Shown here: one piece after another, positions 15,893-23,243 of the stretch
Layout: the number at the start of each line of letters is the position of its first letter
How positions within the stretch are numbered: the stretch's first letter is position 1
Source: Solobacterium sp.
GTDB taxonomy: Bacteria > Bacillota_I > Bacilli_A > Erysipelotrichales > Erysipelotrichaceae
Direction: 5' to 3'
Assembly (NCBI GenBank): GCA_017512725.1
Contig: JAFWEW010000043.1
Location: forward strand, 72,829 to 96,828
Length of the DNA stretch: 24,000 nt
Translations under genes and position numbers: made by a program
Notes under the pieces: generated by a model
Told to the model about the DNA's origin: nothing
The model's input: the letters and a program-made list of their open reading frames with translations, nothing else
Databases searched by the model: none

Positions 15893-16540
15893 TTAGTGTT
15901 TGTTTGTATAAAGAATATAACCTGTGCCTGCAATGACAATCAGTGCACCGCCGAGCATTATATAATATGCGGTTTTGCTGCTTTCGCCTGTATTCGGAAC
16001 ACTGCTGCGTCCCTGCTTTGTGATTGTAAAGTAGGTAGTCTGTGCTTCCGAATTTGTGAAGGTAACTGTGAGCTTATGCTGGCCGGCGGAAAGTGTATTG
16101 AGGAATGCCTGTTTGAGCGTGATAATGACGCTTCCCTTTGTCTTATCATAATTTACCGGATCTACCCAGACATCATCTACATAAACGCCGTTGCAGTCTT
16201 CAAAGGTTTTTGAATCATCGGCACGTGTGAACCGGAACGTTGTCTGAGAAGCAACACTTGTAGTTGTGGCAGTTCCTCCGCCGTTTACGTTATACAGGAA
16301 GTTTCCATTTGCGTCGAATACATTTCCGGCATCGGTAACAATATTGCCGTTACCAAGAGAAGTAACCCACTGCCCGTTTACATAGGCACGGCAGCCTTTG
16401 GCCGCAAGAGAAATATTATCGGTTGCACATCCGTCATATCCACCGCCATTCTTTGTTCCAGTCGGACTTTCTCCGGCAAAAACTGTAATCGGTGCGGCAA
16501 CAAGCAAAACAGCTGTTATAAAACTGATAAAACGTTTCAT
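15893..16540 (-). CDS. Small secreted protein with a sortase-type C-terminal sorting signal (VPNTG variant)
   Basis: Signal peptide MKRFISFITAVLLVAAPITVFAG. A Gly/Asn-rich region is followed by an Ig-like stretch (GSVIITLKQAFLNTLSAGQHKLTVTF). The C-terminus is VPNTGE plus a hydrophobic helix plus TNKH. GGAGGGGG RBS precedes the ATG at 16540. Confidence 0.7.
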   Translation of the reverse strand: MKRFISFITAVLLVAAPITVFAGESPTGTKNGGGYDGCATDNISLAAKGCRAYVNGQWVTSLGNGNIVTDAGNVFDANGNFLYNVNGGGTATTTSVASQTTFRFTRADDSKTFEDCNGVYVDDVWVDPVNYDKTKGSVIITLKQAFLNTLSAGQHKLTVTFTNSEAQTTYFTITKQGRSSVPNTGESSKTAYYIMLGGALIVIAGTGYILYTNKH

Positions 16541-16661
16541 ATAAAAATCCCCCTCCACTTAGGTTTCTAGCTACATTTTCCACGAAATGTATCTTTTTGG
16601 CAATGCTTTTTTTTCTAATTGCGTGACTTTTTTGGTAAATCCAGGAATGTTTTCTGAAAAA

Positions 16662-17360
16662 CTAACGCTTACCATCATATTCACCATAATTGTAATACTG
16701 GTTGTAATAGTAATTTCCCTTTCTCGCCATATCTGCACGGTTCAATACCATGCCAAGCAGAGGAACACCAGAACGTTCCAGAAGATTGAACGAGTTTTCA
16801 ACTGCCCGCTTCGGAGTAACCGCACTGCGGATCACCAGCAGACAGCCGTCCGTCTTAGGGCCAATCGTTAACGCATCTGCTACCATCCCAATCGGCGGTG
16901 TATCGATCAGCACATAATCAAATTCTTTTCGGCAGATCTGCATCAGCTCGCGAAAATGGTTTCCTTCGAGAAGATTGATCGGATTTGGAATCAGTACTTC
17001 GACTGGAATAATGTAAGCATTTTCGATATTTGTTTCATATACAACATTTTTGATTTTCGCTCTTCCAGAAAGAACATGTACCAGACCGCAATCACCCGAT
17101 TTCAACTCAAAACCCCACTGTGATTTCATTTCTGAATTTCGCATGTCTGCATCAATGACTAATACGCGATTTCCTGCTTCCGCCATCATTTTCCACAGTT
17201 CCATGGTAATAAAGGATTTGCCTTCATTCGGAGTACTGGATGTGATCATGATCGTCTTCACATTCTCTCCGGAAAAACCAAGTGATATCCGCAGCTGATT
17301 CAGTGCTTCTGTCACGTAATAAGGAAGTTCCGGAATATTGTTAATATAAAGTGTCTTCAT
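16662..17360 (-). CDS. CpsD/CapB-type bacterial tyrosine kinase (BY-kinase, cytoplasmic subunit)
   Basis: Walker A SSTPNEGKS, Walker A' VLVIDADMR, Walker B DYVLIDTPP, and a C-terminal tyrosine cluster NYYYNQYYNYGEY. Its ATG overlaps the upstream stop (ATGA). Confidence 0.9.
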   Translation of the reverse strand: MKTLYINNIPELPYYVTEALNQLRISLGFSGENVKTIMITSSTPNEGKSFITMELWKMMAEAGNRVLVIDADMRNSEMKSQWGFELKSGDCGLVHVLSGRAKIKNVVYETNIENAYIIPVEVLIPNPINLLEGNHFRELMQICRKEFDYVLIDTPPIGMVADALTIGPKTDGCLLVIRSAVTPKRAVENSFNLLERSGVPLLGMVLNRADMARKGNYYYNQYYNYGEYDGKR

Positions 17361-18742
17361 CTCTTTTTCCCTTTCGCTTCCTTTTTTGTATTCCTGGTGG
17401 TATTTCCTTTGTTTTTAGATCGTGGCTTGCTTTGTTTGCTTTTTTCTTCTTTTAAATTATCTCCAAAACCGGGTATCTTTCCTTCCGGGATGGTCGCAAG
17501 CGGCTGAACCCCAAACGCTTTATAAATATCATCCGGTGTAACGATCGTATCATTGGTAATAAACCGGAATATTATAAATGCGCAGTAAATCATCGCTGCC
17601 AGCAGTGCTCCGATCAATGTATTCTTCACAAAGCTGGGACTGCTTTTTGTGGCAGGTACGATTGCATCCTCAAAAATACTTGGTTCTTCACTTTTCATAA
17701 TCTGTGGAAGATCCTGCTGTCCCTGCCATACCAGCTGATTGGCGATGTCTGCAGAAAGCTGTGCAGACGGCGTGGTAACCGTAACATTGAGAATACGTGT
17801 GTCTTTCGGGTTGGTAATAGTCACCTTCTCTGCCAGTTCCTTATAAGAATAGTTCAAACCAAGGCTGTCAATCACTTTCTCGATTACCGGCCTGCTGGTC
17901 AGAAGCTCCTGGTAGTCGCTGCGCAGGCTGCTTGAAATCTGCAGATCCGAAAGATTGACAACGGAGTTATTGGAAGAAGAAAGAATATACATTTTTGCAG
18001 TAGCGGTATAAAGCGGTGTGACAAGAAAATAAGTATAGCAGAATGCAATAACCGCTCCTAAAAACGCAGAGAACAGGATCGATCCGATACGTTCCCAGAG
18101 AACATAAAACAGTTCTACCAAATCAATTTCGATTTCATCCTCGGATCCGGACGGAACCGGCCTTTGCACGATCGTCTGAACCGGCATGGATGGAGCATCT
18201 GATTTCACCAGTGCATGGTTTTCGTTTTCGGAATTATCATAAACGGGTTTTTCCGGTGCACTCTCATAAGACTCAGGTGGAGAATCATGATCTCTGTAAT
18301 CCGGGCTTTCATAAGATCTGCCGTTATGATTATCGCTACGAGTATCGGAATGATATTCAGCCTTGGCTCTTTCGGTATAGGTATTGTATTTATTTCCATT
18401 TTCTTCGTTTTCGGAATAATCATAAACGGTTTTTTCCGGTACATTCCCGTAACCCTCATATTGATAACCAAAATCATTGTAACCCGTTGTCTGATAAGAG
18501 CTGCTGTTACGGTTGTCCGAATGATATACCGAGTTACCTCTTTCGGTATAGGTATTGTTTTTATCTCTCATTTTTTCGTTTTCGGAATTATCATAAACGG
18601 GTTTTTCCGGTACATTCCCGTAACCCTCATATTGATAACCAAAATCATTGTAACCCGTTGTCTGATAAGAGCTGCTGTTACGGTTGTCCGAATGATATAC
18701 CGAGTTACCTCTTTCATTATTGGTATAGTTTTTATCTTCCAT
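17357..18742 (-). CDS. Wzz/CpsC-like polysaccharide co-polymerase (BY-kinase transmembrane modulator) with a repeat-containing Tyr-rich N-terminal extension
   Basis: Core EIDLVELFYVLWERIGSILF..(TM1)..periplasmic Wzz-like region..(TM2) FITNDTIVTPDDIYKAFGVQPLATIPE plus a basic tail. It is preceded by about 200 aa of repeats. Start chosen at the ATG at 18742 with GAGGA 8 nt upstream (the tracked start at 18757 is GTG). Confidence 0.85.
   Translation of the reverse strand: MEDKNYTNNERGNSVYHSDNRNSSSYQTTGYNDFGYQYEGYGNVPEKPVYDNSENEKMRDKNNTYTERGNSVYHSDNRNSSSYQTTGYNDFGYQYEGYGNVPEKTVYDYSENEENGNKYNTYTERAKAEYHSDTRSDNHNGRSYESPDYRDHDSPPESYESAPEKPVYDNSENENHALVKSDAPSMPVQTIVQRPVPSGSEDEIEIDLVELFYVLWERIGSILFSAFLGAVIAFCYTYFLVTPLYTATAKMYILSSSNNSVVNLSDLQISSSLRSDYQELLTSRPVIEKVIDSLGLNYSYKELAEKVTITNPKDTRILNVTVTTPSAQLSADIANQLVWQGQQDLPQIMKSEEPSIFEDAIVPATKSSPSFVKNTLIGALLAAMIYCAFIIFRFITNDTIVTPDDIYKAFGVQPLATIPEGKIPGFGDNLKEEKSKQSKPRSKNKGNTTRNTKKEAKGKKR
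18221..18733 (-). repeat. Three in-frame tandem repeats of 171 nt (57 aa) inside the Wzz-like gene
   Basis: 18431..18544 and 18602..18715 are identical over 114 nt by my alignment, and the flanks are near-identical. A third, diverged copy lies at about 18221..18391. Protein register: ERGNSVY at ORF aa 15 and 72, ERAKAEY at 129. Confidence 0.9.
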
Positions 18743-18746
18743 ATGA

Positions 18747-19772
18747 TTATTCCTCACTCGTGCTGTAGAAAAGCTTCAACGCGGTTTCAACCCGGCTGAC
18801 ATCATCCATTCGGAATGTCTCGTATCCGTTTTCAATCTGGGAAGTGCCATCAATCTTGATTGAATCAAGCTTCGTGTAGCTCTTGCAGACGGATGAAAGA
18901 TTTGCAAATGTGCCGGATCCCATATTGGTTACAGCGTAGTCCATTATCTTGTCATAGACTGTAAGAATTTCTTCTTCACTCAGTCGGTCGAACTGCTGAA
19001 TGAAAGAATTGAGATATACTTCCTGCCGGGCCATACGCAATTCATTCCGGTCATCTTCCATGTTCATTCGAGCCCGTACAAACTTCTCAGCATCCACACC
19101 GGTCATAGTGATTGTTTCCCCAACCGTAAGATTCGGATCGATTTCAAGGAAGTCTTCTGTGACTGTTACCGGTACTCCTCCGACCAGATCATTCAGTTCT
19201 GAGATGCCACCCATATTTAATGCATAGTAGCCATCCATTTTCCGGTTCAGCAAAATATCTGTAACCGCATTGGCTGTTTTGGTACAGCCGTCTTCAAGAC
19301 CGTAACTGAATGCATGGGCAAGACATATCTGCATATACTGTGTTCCGGCAGATGAGCCATCCGCATTGAGCACTTCAAACATTGCAAGGGTGTTTCGGTC
19401 GATTGGCAGCAGCTGCCACGTTTTTGCGGCATGATCTATGATCAGTACCTGCAGCATGTCTGCCTGTCCACCCTCTCTGGCATCCGAAGACCGATGAACC
19501 GGACCATCTTTATCAATACCCATAATCAAATAGGTTTCAACGTCTTTGCGCTGTGTGTATTCCTGCCCTTCATAGTAATATGTTCTGGCCTCTGTATTTG
19601 CCAGCTCAATTGCAATATTGCTTTCACCGCCTCCGGTCGAATACTGCCGGTCTTCCCATTGTTTAATGAAAAAAGCCCCCAGTATCATAACCAGGCCAAC
19701 TACAATCATAATAATTGCCAGTTTACGCTTATCTTCCTGAGTAAACGCCCGTTGTACTCGTCTTCCGGCCAT
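18747..19772 (-). CDS. LytR-CpsA-Psr (LCP) family glycopolymer transferase
   Basis: N-terminal TM anchor, then YLIMGIDKDG...GGQADMLQVLIIDHAAKTWQLLPIDRNT, the LCP core pattern. Start at the ATG at 19772 preceded by GAGAGGA. Its stop lies 4 nt before the Wzz-like ATG. Confidence 0.85.
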   Translation of the reverse strand: MAGRRVQRAFTQEDKRKLAIIMIVVGLVMILGAFFIKQWEDRQYSTGGGESNIAIELANTEARTYYYEGQEYTQRKDVETYLIMGIDKDGPVHRSSDAREGGQADMLQVLIIDHAAKTWQLLPIDRNTLAMFEVLNADGSSAGTQYMQICLAHAFSYGLEDGCTKTANAVTDILLNRKMDGYYALNMGGISELNDLVGGVPVTVTEDFLEIDPNLTVGETITMTGVDAEKFVRARMNMEDDRNELRMARQEVYLNSFIQQFDRLSEEEILTVYDKIMDYAVTNMGSGTFANLSSVCKSYTKLDSIKIDGTSQIENGYETFRMDDVSRVETALKLFYSTSEE

Positions 19773-19810
19773 AGATATCCTCTCAAAAAAATTAAATAAA
19801 CAGTACAAAA

Positions 19811-19839
19811 ATAATAATAAGTATTGTTAACAGATGCAA
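19811..19839 (-). promoter_or_regulatory. Candidate promoter of the LCP-Wzz-BY-kinase operon
   Basis: Minus strand TTGCAT (19839..19834), 17-nt spacer, TATTAT (19816..19811), about 40 nt upstream of the LCP start. Confidence 0.45.
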
Positions 19840-19847
19840 ATATTATC

Positions 19848-19875
19848 TTCCAATCATTGGAAACATCATTGGAAA
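19848..19875. promoter_or_regulatory. Palindrome plus direct repeat (candidate operator/activator site)
   Basis: TTCCAATCATTGGAA is a perfect 15-bp palindrome (19848..19862). ATCATTGGAAA occurs twice in tandem (19853..19863 and 19865..19875). The element lies just upstream of the candidate -35. Confidence 0.4.
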
Positions 19876-19961
19876 TCCGCCAACTTTCCGTTCAACAGTT
19901 ACGGTATTCATCATTTTGCTTATCAATTATCTCTTAGCAGAGAGAAGGAAAATCCCTTCTG

Positions 19962-19995
19962 AAACAAAAGCACCCCACTGTCAGATATGGGATGC
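19962..19995 (-). terminator. Rho-independent terminator ending the aspS-downstream transcript
   Basis: Minus strand GCATCCCA-(10-nt loop)-TGGGGTGC, 8 bp including one G-U pair, followed by TTTTGTTT. Confidence 0.7.
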
Positions 19996-20164
19996 TAATG
20001 GATGCTTCATCAGCCAGAAGGGTTGATATGTTCCCTCTTATGTAGAGGTGGGCATTCTTATCCATCTTCGGGATTCCCGGCCGTACCGGGCATTCACTCC
20101 ATGATGTCCAGTCAGAATTCCCTATATCAATGTGTTGGAAAAATATGTGGTCCTCCTGGCACCC
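19962..20164 (-). ncRNA. ssrS: Candidate 6S RNA (SsrS/BsrA-like) or other structured sRNA
   Basis: About 200 nt between a good promoter and a terminator, with no credible ORF. It folds by eye into one long imperfect hairpin: a closing stem CCAGGAGG/CCTTCTGG, large internal loops, and an apical CCCGG-TACGG-CCGGG near the midpoint. I recall the position directly downstream of aspS matching B. subtilis bsrA (6S-1), between aspS and yrvM. Confidence 0.45.
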
Positions 20165-20166
20165 TT

Positions 20167-20195
20167 AATATAGCAGTCACTGCCAGGCGGAACAA
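20167..20195 (-). promoter_or_regulatory. Candidate promoter of the sRNA unit
   Basis: Minus strand TTGTTC (20195..20190), 17-nt spacer ending in TGC (extended -10 TGn), TATATT (20172..20167). It begins 10 nt after the aspS stop. Confidence 0.5.
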
Positions 20196-20204
20196 GACTT
20201 GACT

Positions 20205-21968
20205 TTACTCCTGATCTTTTCTATTATCCTCTACTTTGATGCCAAGTACATCGAGCTGAGAATCGTCCACATAGTTCGGACTTTCACTCATCAGGTCCAG
20301 AGAAGAGTTGGTTGTCGGGAACGCAACGACATCACGGATGTTTTCGGTATCCGCAAGAACCATCGTAAGCCGTTCCAGTCCGATACCGACTCCACCATGC
20401 GGAGGTGTTCCGTAGCGGAAGGCCTCAAGGAAGAACCCAAACTTTTCCTTTGCCTGTTCCATTGAGAGACCAATTGCTTCAAAGACCTTCTCCTGCAGAT
20501 CCTGATCATGAATACGAATCGAACCGGAAAGCAGTTCATAGCCGTTCAGCACAAGATCATATGCACGCGAACTGCAGTGTTCCGGATCGGTAAACAGCTT
20601 GTCCACATCTTCTTCCTTTGGTGCGGTGAACGGATGGTGTGCCGCCACCCAGCGATTTTCTTCCTCGCTGTATTCAAACATCGGAAAATCCGTTACCCAG
20701 AGGAATTCATTGCGGGTATGATCAATGAGATTCTGCTCATGCGCCACTTTCACACGCAGCGCACCCATCGCACTTCTTGCCCGGGCCGGTGCGTCTGCGA
20801 TCACAAAGACAATGTCATTGTCCTGCATATCAAATTCCTGCTGGATGGCAGCTTTTTCTGTATCGGAAAGCGGCTTGGCGATTGAACCGGTCAGCGCACC
20901 GTTTTCCTTTTTCAGATAAGCAAGCGCTTTGACCTTGAAGCCTGCTTTCAGGAACTCCTGCAGCTTGTCCAGTGTCTTGCGGCTGTACTGATCCGCGATT
21001 GCTGAAAAGTGCAGCGCATCGATTTCTCCCCCTGCATCCATTACGGAACGGAACACCTGAAATTCGGTATGTTCAAACAGACCGGTAATATTGTGAATTT
21101 CGTTGCCAAACCGAAGATCCGGCTTGTCGGTTCCATACCGCTTCATGCACTCCTCCCAGGGCAGACGGGTAAAGTGTTCCGGAAGCGCAATATTCTTTAA
21201 TTCAAGGAAGATGCTTCGCATCAGCTTCTCAACGACCGCAAAGACGTCATCTTCCTCAACAAAACTCATTTCAATATCGATCTGCGTAAACTCCGGCTGA
21301 CGATCTGCGCGCAGGTCTTCATCCCGGAAACATCTGGCAATCTGGAAGTACCGCTCCATACCCGCTATCATCAGCAGCTGCTTGTAGATCTGCGGCGACT
21401 GCGGCAGCGCCCAGAAACGGCCGTTGTAGATTCGGGAAGGAACCAGATAGTCACGAGCACCTTCCGGTGTCGATCTTGCCAGGATCGGAGTGGAAACCTC
21501 AACAAATCCCTCTTCATCCAGCACGCGGCGGGCAATCATCTGGATCTTGTGCCGCAGGATCAGATTCTCCTGAAGGGGTTTTCTTCTGAGGTCGAGGTAC
21601 CGGTACTTGAGACGGATATCCTCACTGGTGTCCGAATCGTCTGCGATCGTAATCGGAGATGTCTCCGCCGTATTGACGACCGTCACTTCAGAAGCGATGA
21701 CTTCCACCTCACCGGTCGGCAGCTTCGGGTTCGGATCCTTACGGGCAGCGACGGTACCGGTAACCTGAAGGATGTATTCACTGCGGACATCCTTTACGGA
21801 TTCCGCCATCGTCTCGTCAAATACGATCTGACAGATACCGGAACGGTCCCTTAAATCAATAAATACGAGTGATCCGAAATTTCTTCTTTTTGCGACCCAT
21901 CCGACCAGGGTGACGGTTTTTCCTTCGTCACAGAGGCGCAGGGTTCCATTGCTGTGTGTGCGTTTCAT
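20205..21968 (-). CDS. aspS: Aspartyl-tRNA synthetase
   Basis: 587 aa with an N-terminal OB anticodon-binding domain (GWV..RR..G...FIDLRDR.G) and class II motifs (FRDEDLRADRQPEFTQID, GGVGIGLERL). Its ATG overlaps the hisS stop (ATGA). Confidence 0.95.
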   Translation of the reverse strand: MKRTHSNGTLRLCDEGKTVTLVGWVAKRRNFGSLVFIDLRDRSGICQIVFDETMAESVKDVRSEYILQVTGTVAARKDPNPKLPTGEVEVIASEVTVVNTAETSPITIADDSDTSEDIRLKYRYLDLRRKPLQENLILRHKIQMIARRVLDEEGFVEVSTPILARSTPEGARDYLVPSRIYNGRFWALPQSPQIYKQLLMIAGMERYFQIARCFRDEDLRADRQPEFTQIDIEMSFVEEDDVFAVVEKLMRSIFLELKNIALPEHFTRLPWEECMKRYGTDKPDLRFGNEIHNITGLFEHTEFQVFRSVMDAGGEIDALHFSAIADQYSRKTLDKLQEFLKAGFKVKALAYLKKENGALTGSIAKPLSDTEKAAIQQEFDMQDNDIVFVIADAPARARSAMGALRVKVAHEQNLIDHTRNEFLWVTDFPMFEYSEEENRWVAAHHPFTAPKEEDVDKLFTDPEHCSSRAYDLVLNGYELLSGSIRIHDQDLQEKVFEAIGLSMEQAKEKFGFFLEAFRYGTPPHGGVGIGLERLTMVLADTENIRDVVAFPTTNSSLDLMSESPNYVDDSQLDVLGIKVEDNRKDQE

Positions 21969-23230
21969 TCTGCTAAGATCCCCTTTACTGTTTCATTGAG
22001 CTGATCCAGGCCAACCGTGACCTGGGTATCATTCTTCTTGTTTTTCACATTCACTTTGTTTTCGGCCAGTTCACTCTCTCCGACAATAATGATCACCGGT
22101 GCCTGGGAACGATCCGCACTCTTGAACTGTGCCTTCATCGAGCGGCCAAGCAGGTTGACATCCGCAATAATGCCGTCCTGCCGCAGCTTCTGTGCGATCT
22201 CGAGCGGAGCCGTGCCGACATTGCCGGCAGACATGATGTAAACCTCGGCATCCGAAGTGCGGGAAGGCTTCCAGCCTTCTTCTTCCGCAAGCGCGATCAG
22301 ACGTTCCAGACCGATCGCAAATCCCATGCCGGAAAGCTCGGGTCCACCGAAGTATTCTACGAGATGGTCGTAGCGTCCGCCCGCAAAGATCGTGGACTGT
22401 GCACCGGAATCCGGCCGTGTGCTCTTGACCTCAAAGACGGTGTGCGTGTAGTAATCCAGACCCCGGACAAGCCGGTCATCGATTTCATATTCAATGTCCA
22501 GCGCATCCAGCATCTTCAGTACCCGGTCAAAATACTCCCGGCTTTCTTCATTCAGGTAATCGGAAAGACGCGGCGCATCCTTCAGGATTGGATTCTCCGC
22601 ATCGACCTTGCAGTCAAGGATTCGAAGCGGATTCTGTTCCAGACGGCGGTGGCAGTCCCCGCACAGCTCATCGATATGCGGGCTGAAGTATTCCTTCAAT
22701 GCATTGCGGTAGGCTGAACGGGAAGCATCATCACCCAGCGTGTTGATGCATACCTTTACCGAGGAGATTCCCATCCGTTTGATAATGTCAATTCCAAGTG
22801 CGATCACTTCTGCGTCGATCTCCGGTGACTTGGCACCGATTGACTCTACGCCGAACTGCGTGAACTGCCGCTGACGGCCCTTCTGCGGCCGTTCATGCCG
22901 GAACATCGGACCCAGATAATACAGCCGGGCCGGAAGATCCGGATTGCCGAATAGCTTGTGCTGATCAAAGGCACGGATCACTCCCGCAGTTCCTTCCGGA
23001 CGCAGCGTATAGCTTTCTTCGCCCATCGCAAAGGTATACATTTCCTTGTTGACCATGTCACTGGAGTCATTCTCCCGCTTGAATACCTTCGTGTCTTCAA
23101 AGACCGGTGTCCGGATTTCCTGGTACCGGTACAGCCGGCAGACTTCCCGGATCAGCTGTTCCGTTTCCTGCCACTTGAGGGAATCCTCCGGCAGGATGTC
23201 ATAGGTTCCTCTCGGGGTCTGATAATTCAT
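21965..23230 (-). CDS. hisS: Histidyl-tRNA synthetase
   Basis: 421 aa with G..D..P, LRPE.T, RYERPQ-like FRHERPQKGR.RQF.Q.G.E and GGRYD motifs, plus a C-terminal anticodon-binding domain. GGGAGG RBS upstream. Confidence 0.95.
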   Translation of the reverse strand: MNYQTPRGTYDILPEDSLKWQETEQLIREVCRLYRYQEIRTPVFEDTKVFKRENDSSDMVNKEMYTFAMGEESYTLRPEGTAGVIRAFDQHKLFGNPDLPARLYYLGPMFRHERPQKGRQRQFTQFGVESIGAKSPEIDAEVIALGIDIIKRMGISSVKVCINTLGDDASRSAYRNALKEYFSPHIDELCGDCHRRLEQNPLRILDCKVDAENPILKDAPRLSDYLNEESREYFDRVLKMLDALDIEYEIDDRLVRGLDYYTHTVFEVKSTRPDSGAQSTIFAGGRYDHLVEYFGGPELSGMGFAIGLERLIALAEEEGWKPSRTSDAEVYIMSAGNVGTAPLEIAQKLRQDGIIADVNLLGRSMKAQFKSADRSQAPVIIIVGESELAENKVNVKNKKNDTQVTVGLDQLNETVKGILAE

Positions 23231-23243
23231 AAACTACCTCCCA

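Noticed and set aside
18221-18733. Possibility that the 171-nt periodic repeats are a CRISPR array or minisatellite
   Set aside because: The 171-nt units abut head-to-tail with no unique spacer sequences between them. They lie inside an open reading frame with a period divisible by 3 and encode a coherent repeated peptide. No cas genes are nearby.
18190-18799. Two about 190-aa plus-strand ORFs with striking internal repeats (18190..18768 and 18215..18799)
   Set aside because: Their repetitiveness is only the antisense image of the 171-nt coding repeats in the Wzz-like gene. The minus-strand frame continues into a bona fide Wzz domain and has a proper RBS.
14630-19840. Interpreting the AT-rich block as a mobile element or prophage remnant
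   Set aside because: No integrase, transposase, recombinase, phage structural gene, tRNA target or flanking direct/inverted repeats are visible. It is treated only as a compositionally distinct surface-locus island.
19876-19961. Short 23-codon minus-strand ORF (MMNTVTVERKVGGFPMMFPMIGR) and a second hairpin AGAAGG-GATTTT-CCTTCT after the sRNA terminator
   Set aside because: The ORF has no RBS and overlaps the palindromic operator-like repeats. The hairpin lacks a U-tract. Neither has enough support for a feature call.
20002-20202. 66-aa plus-strand ORF in the aspS-LCP intergenic region
   Set aside because: It has no Shine-Dalgarno sequence and its sequence is non-descript. It lies antisense to a promoter-to-terminator unit that is better explained as a structured sRNA.
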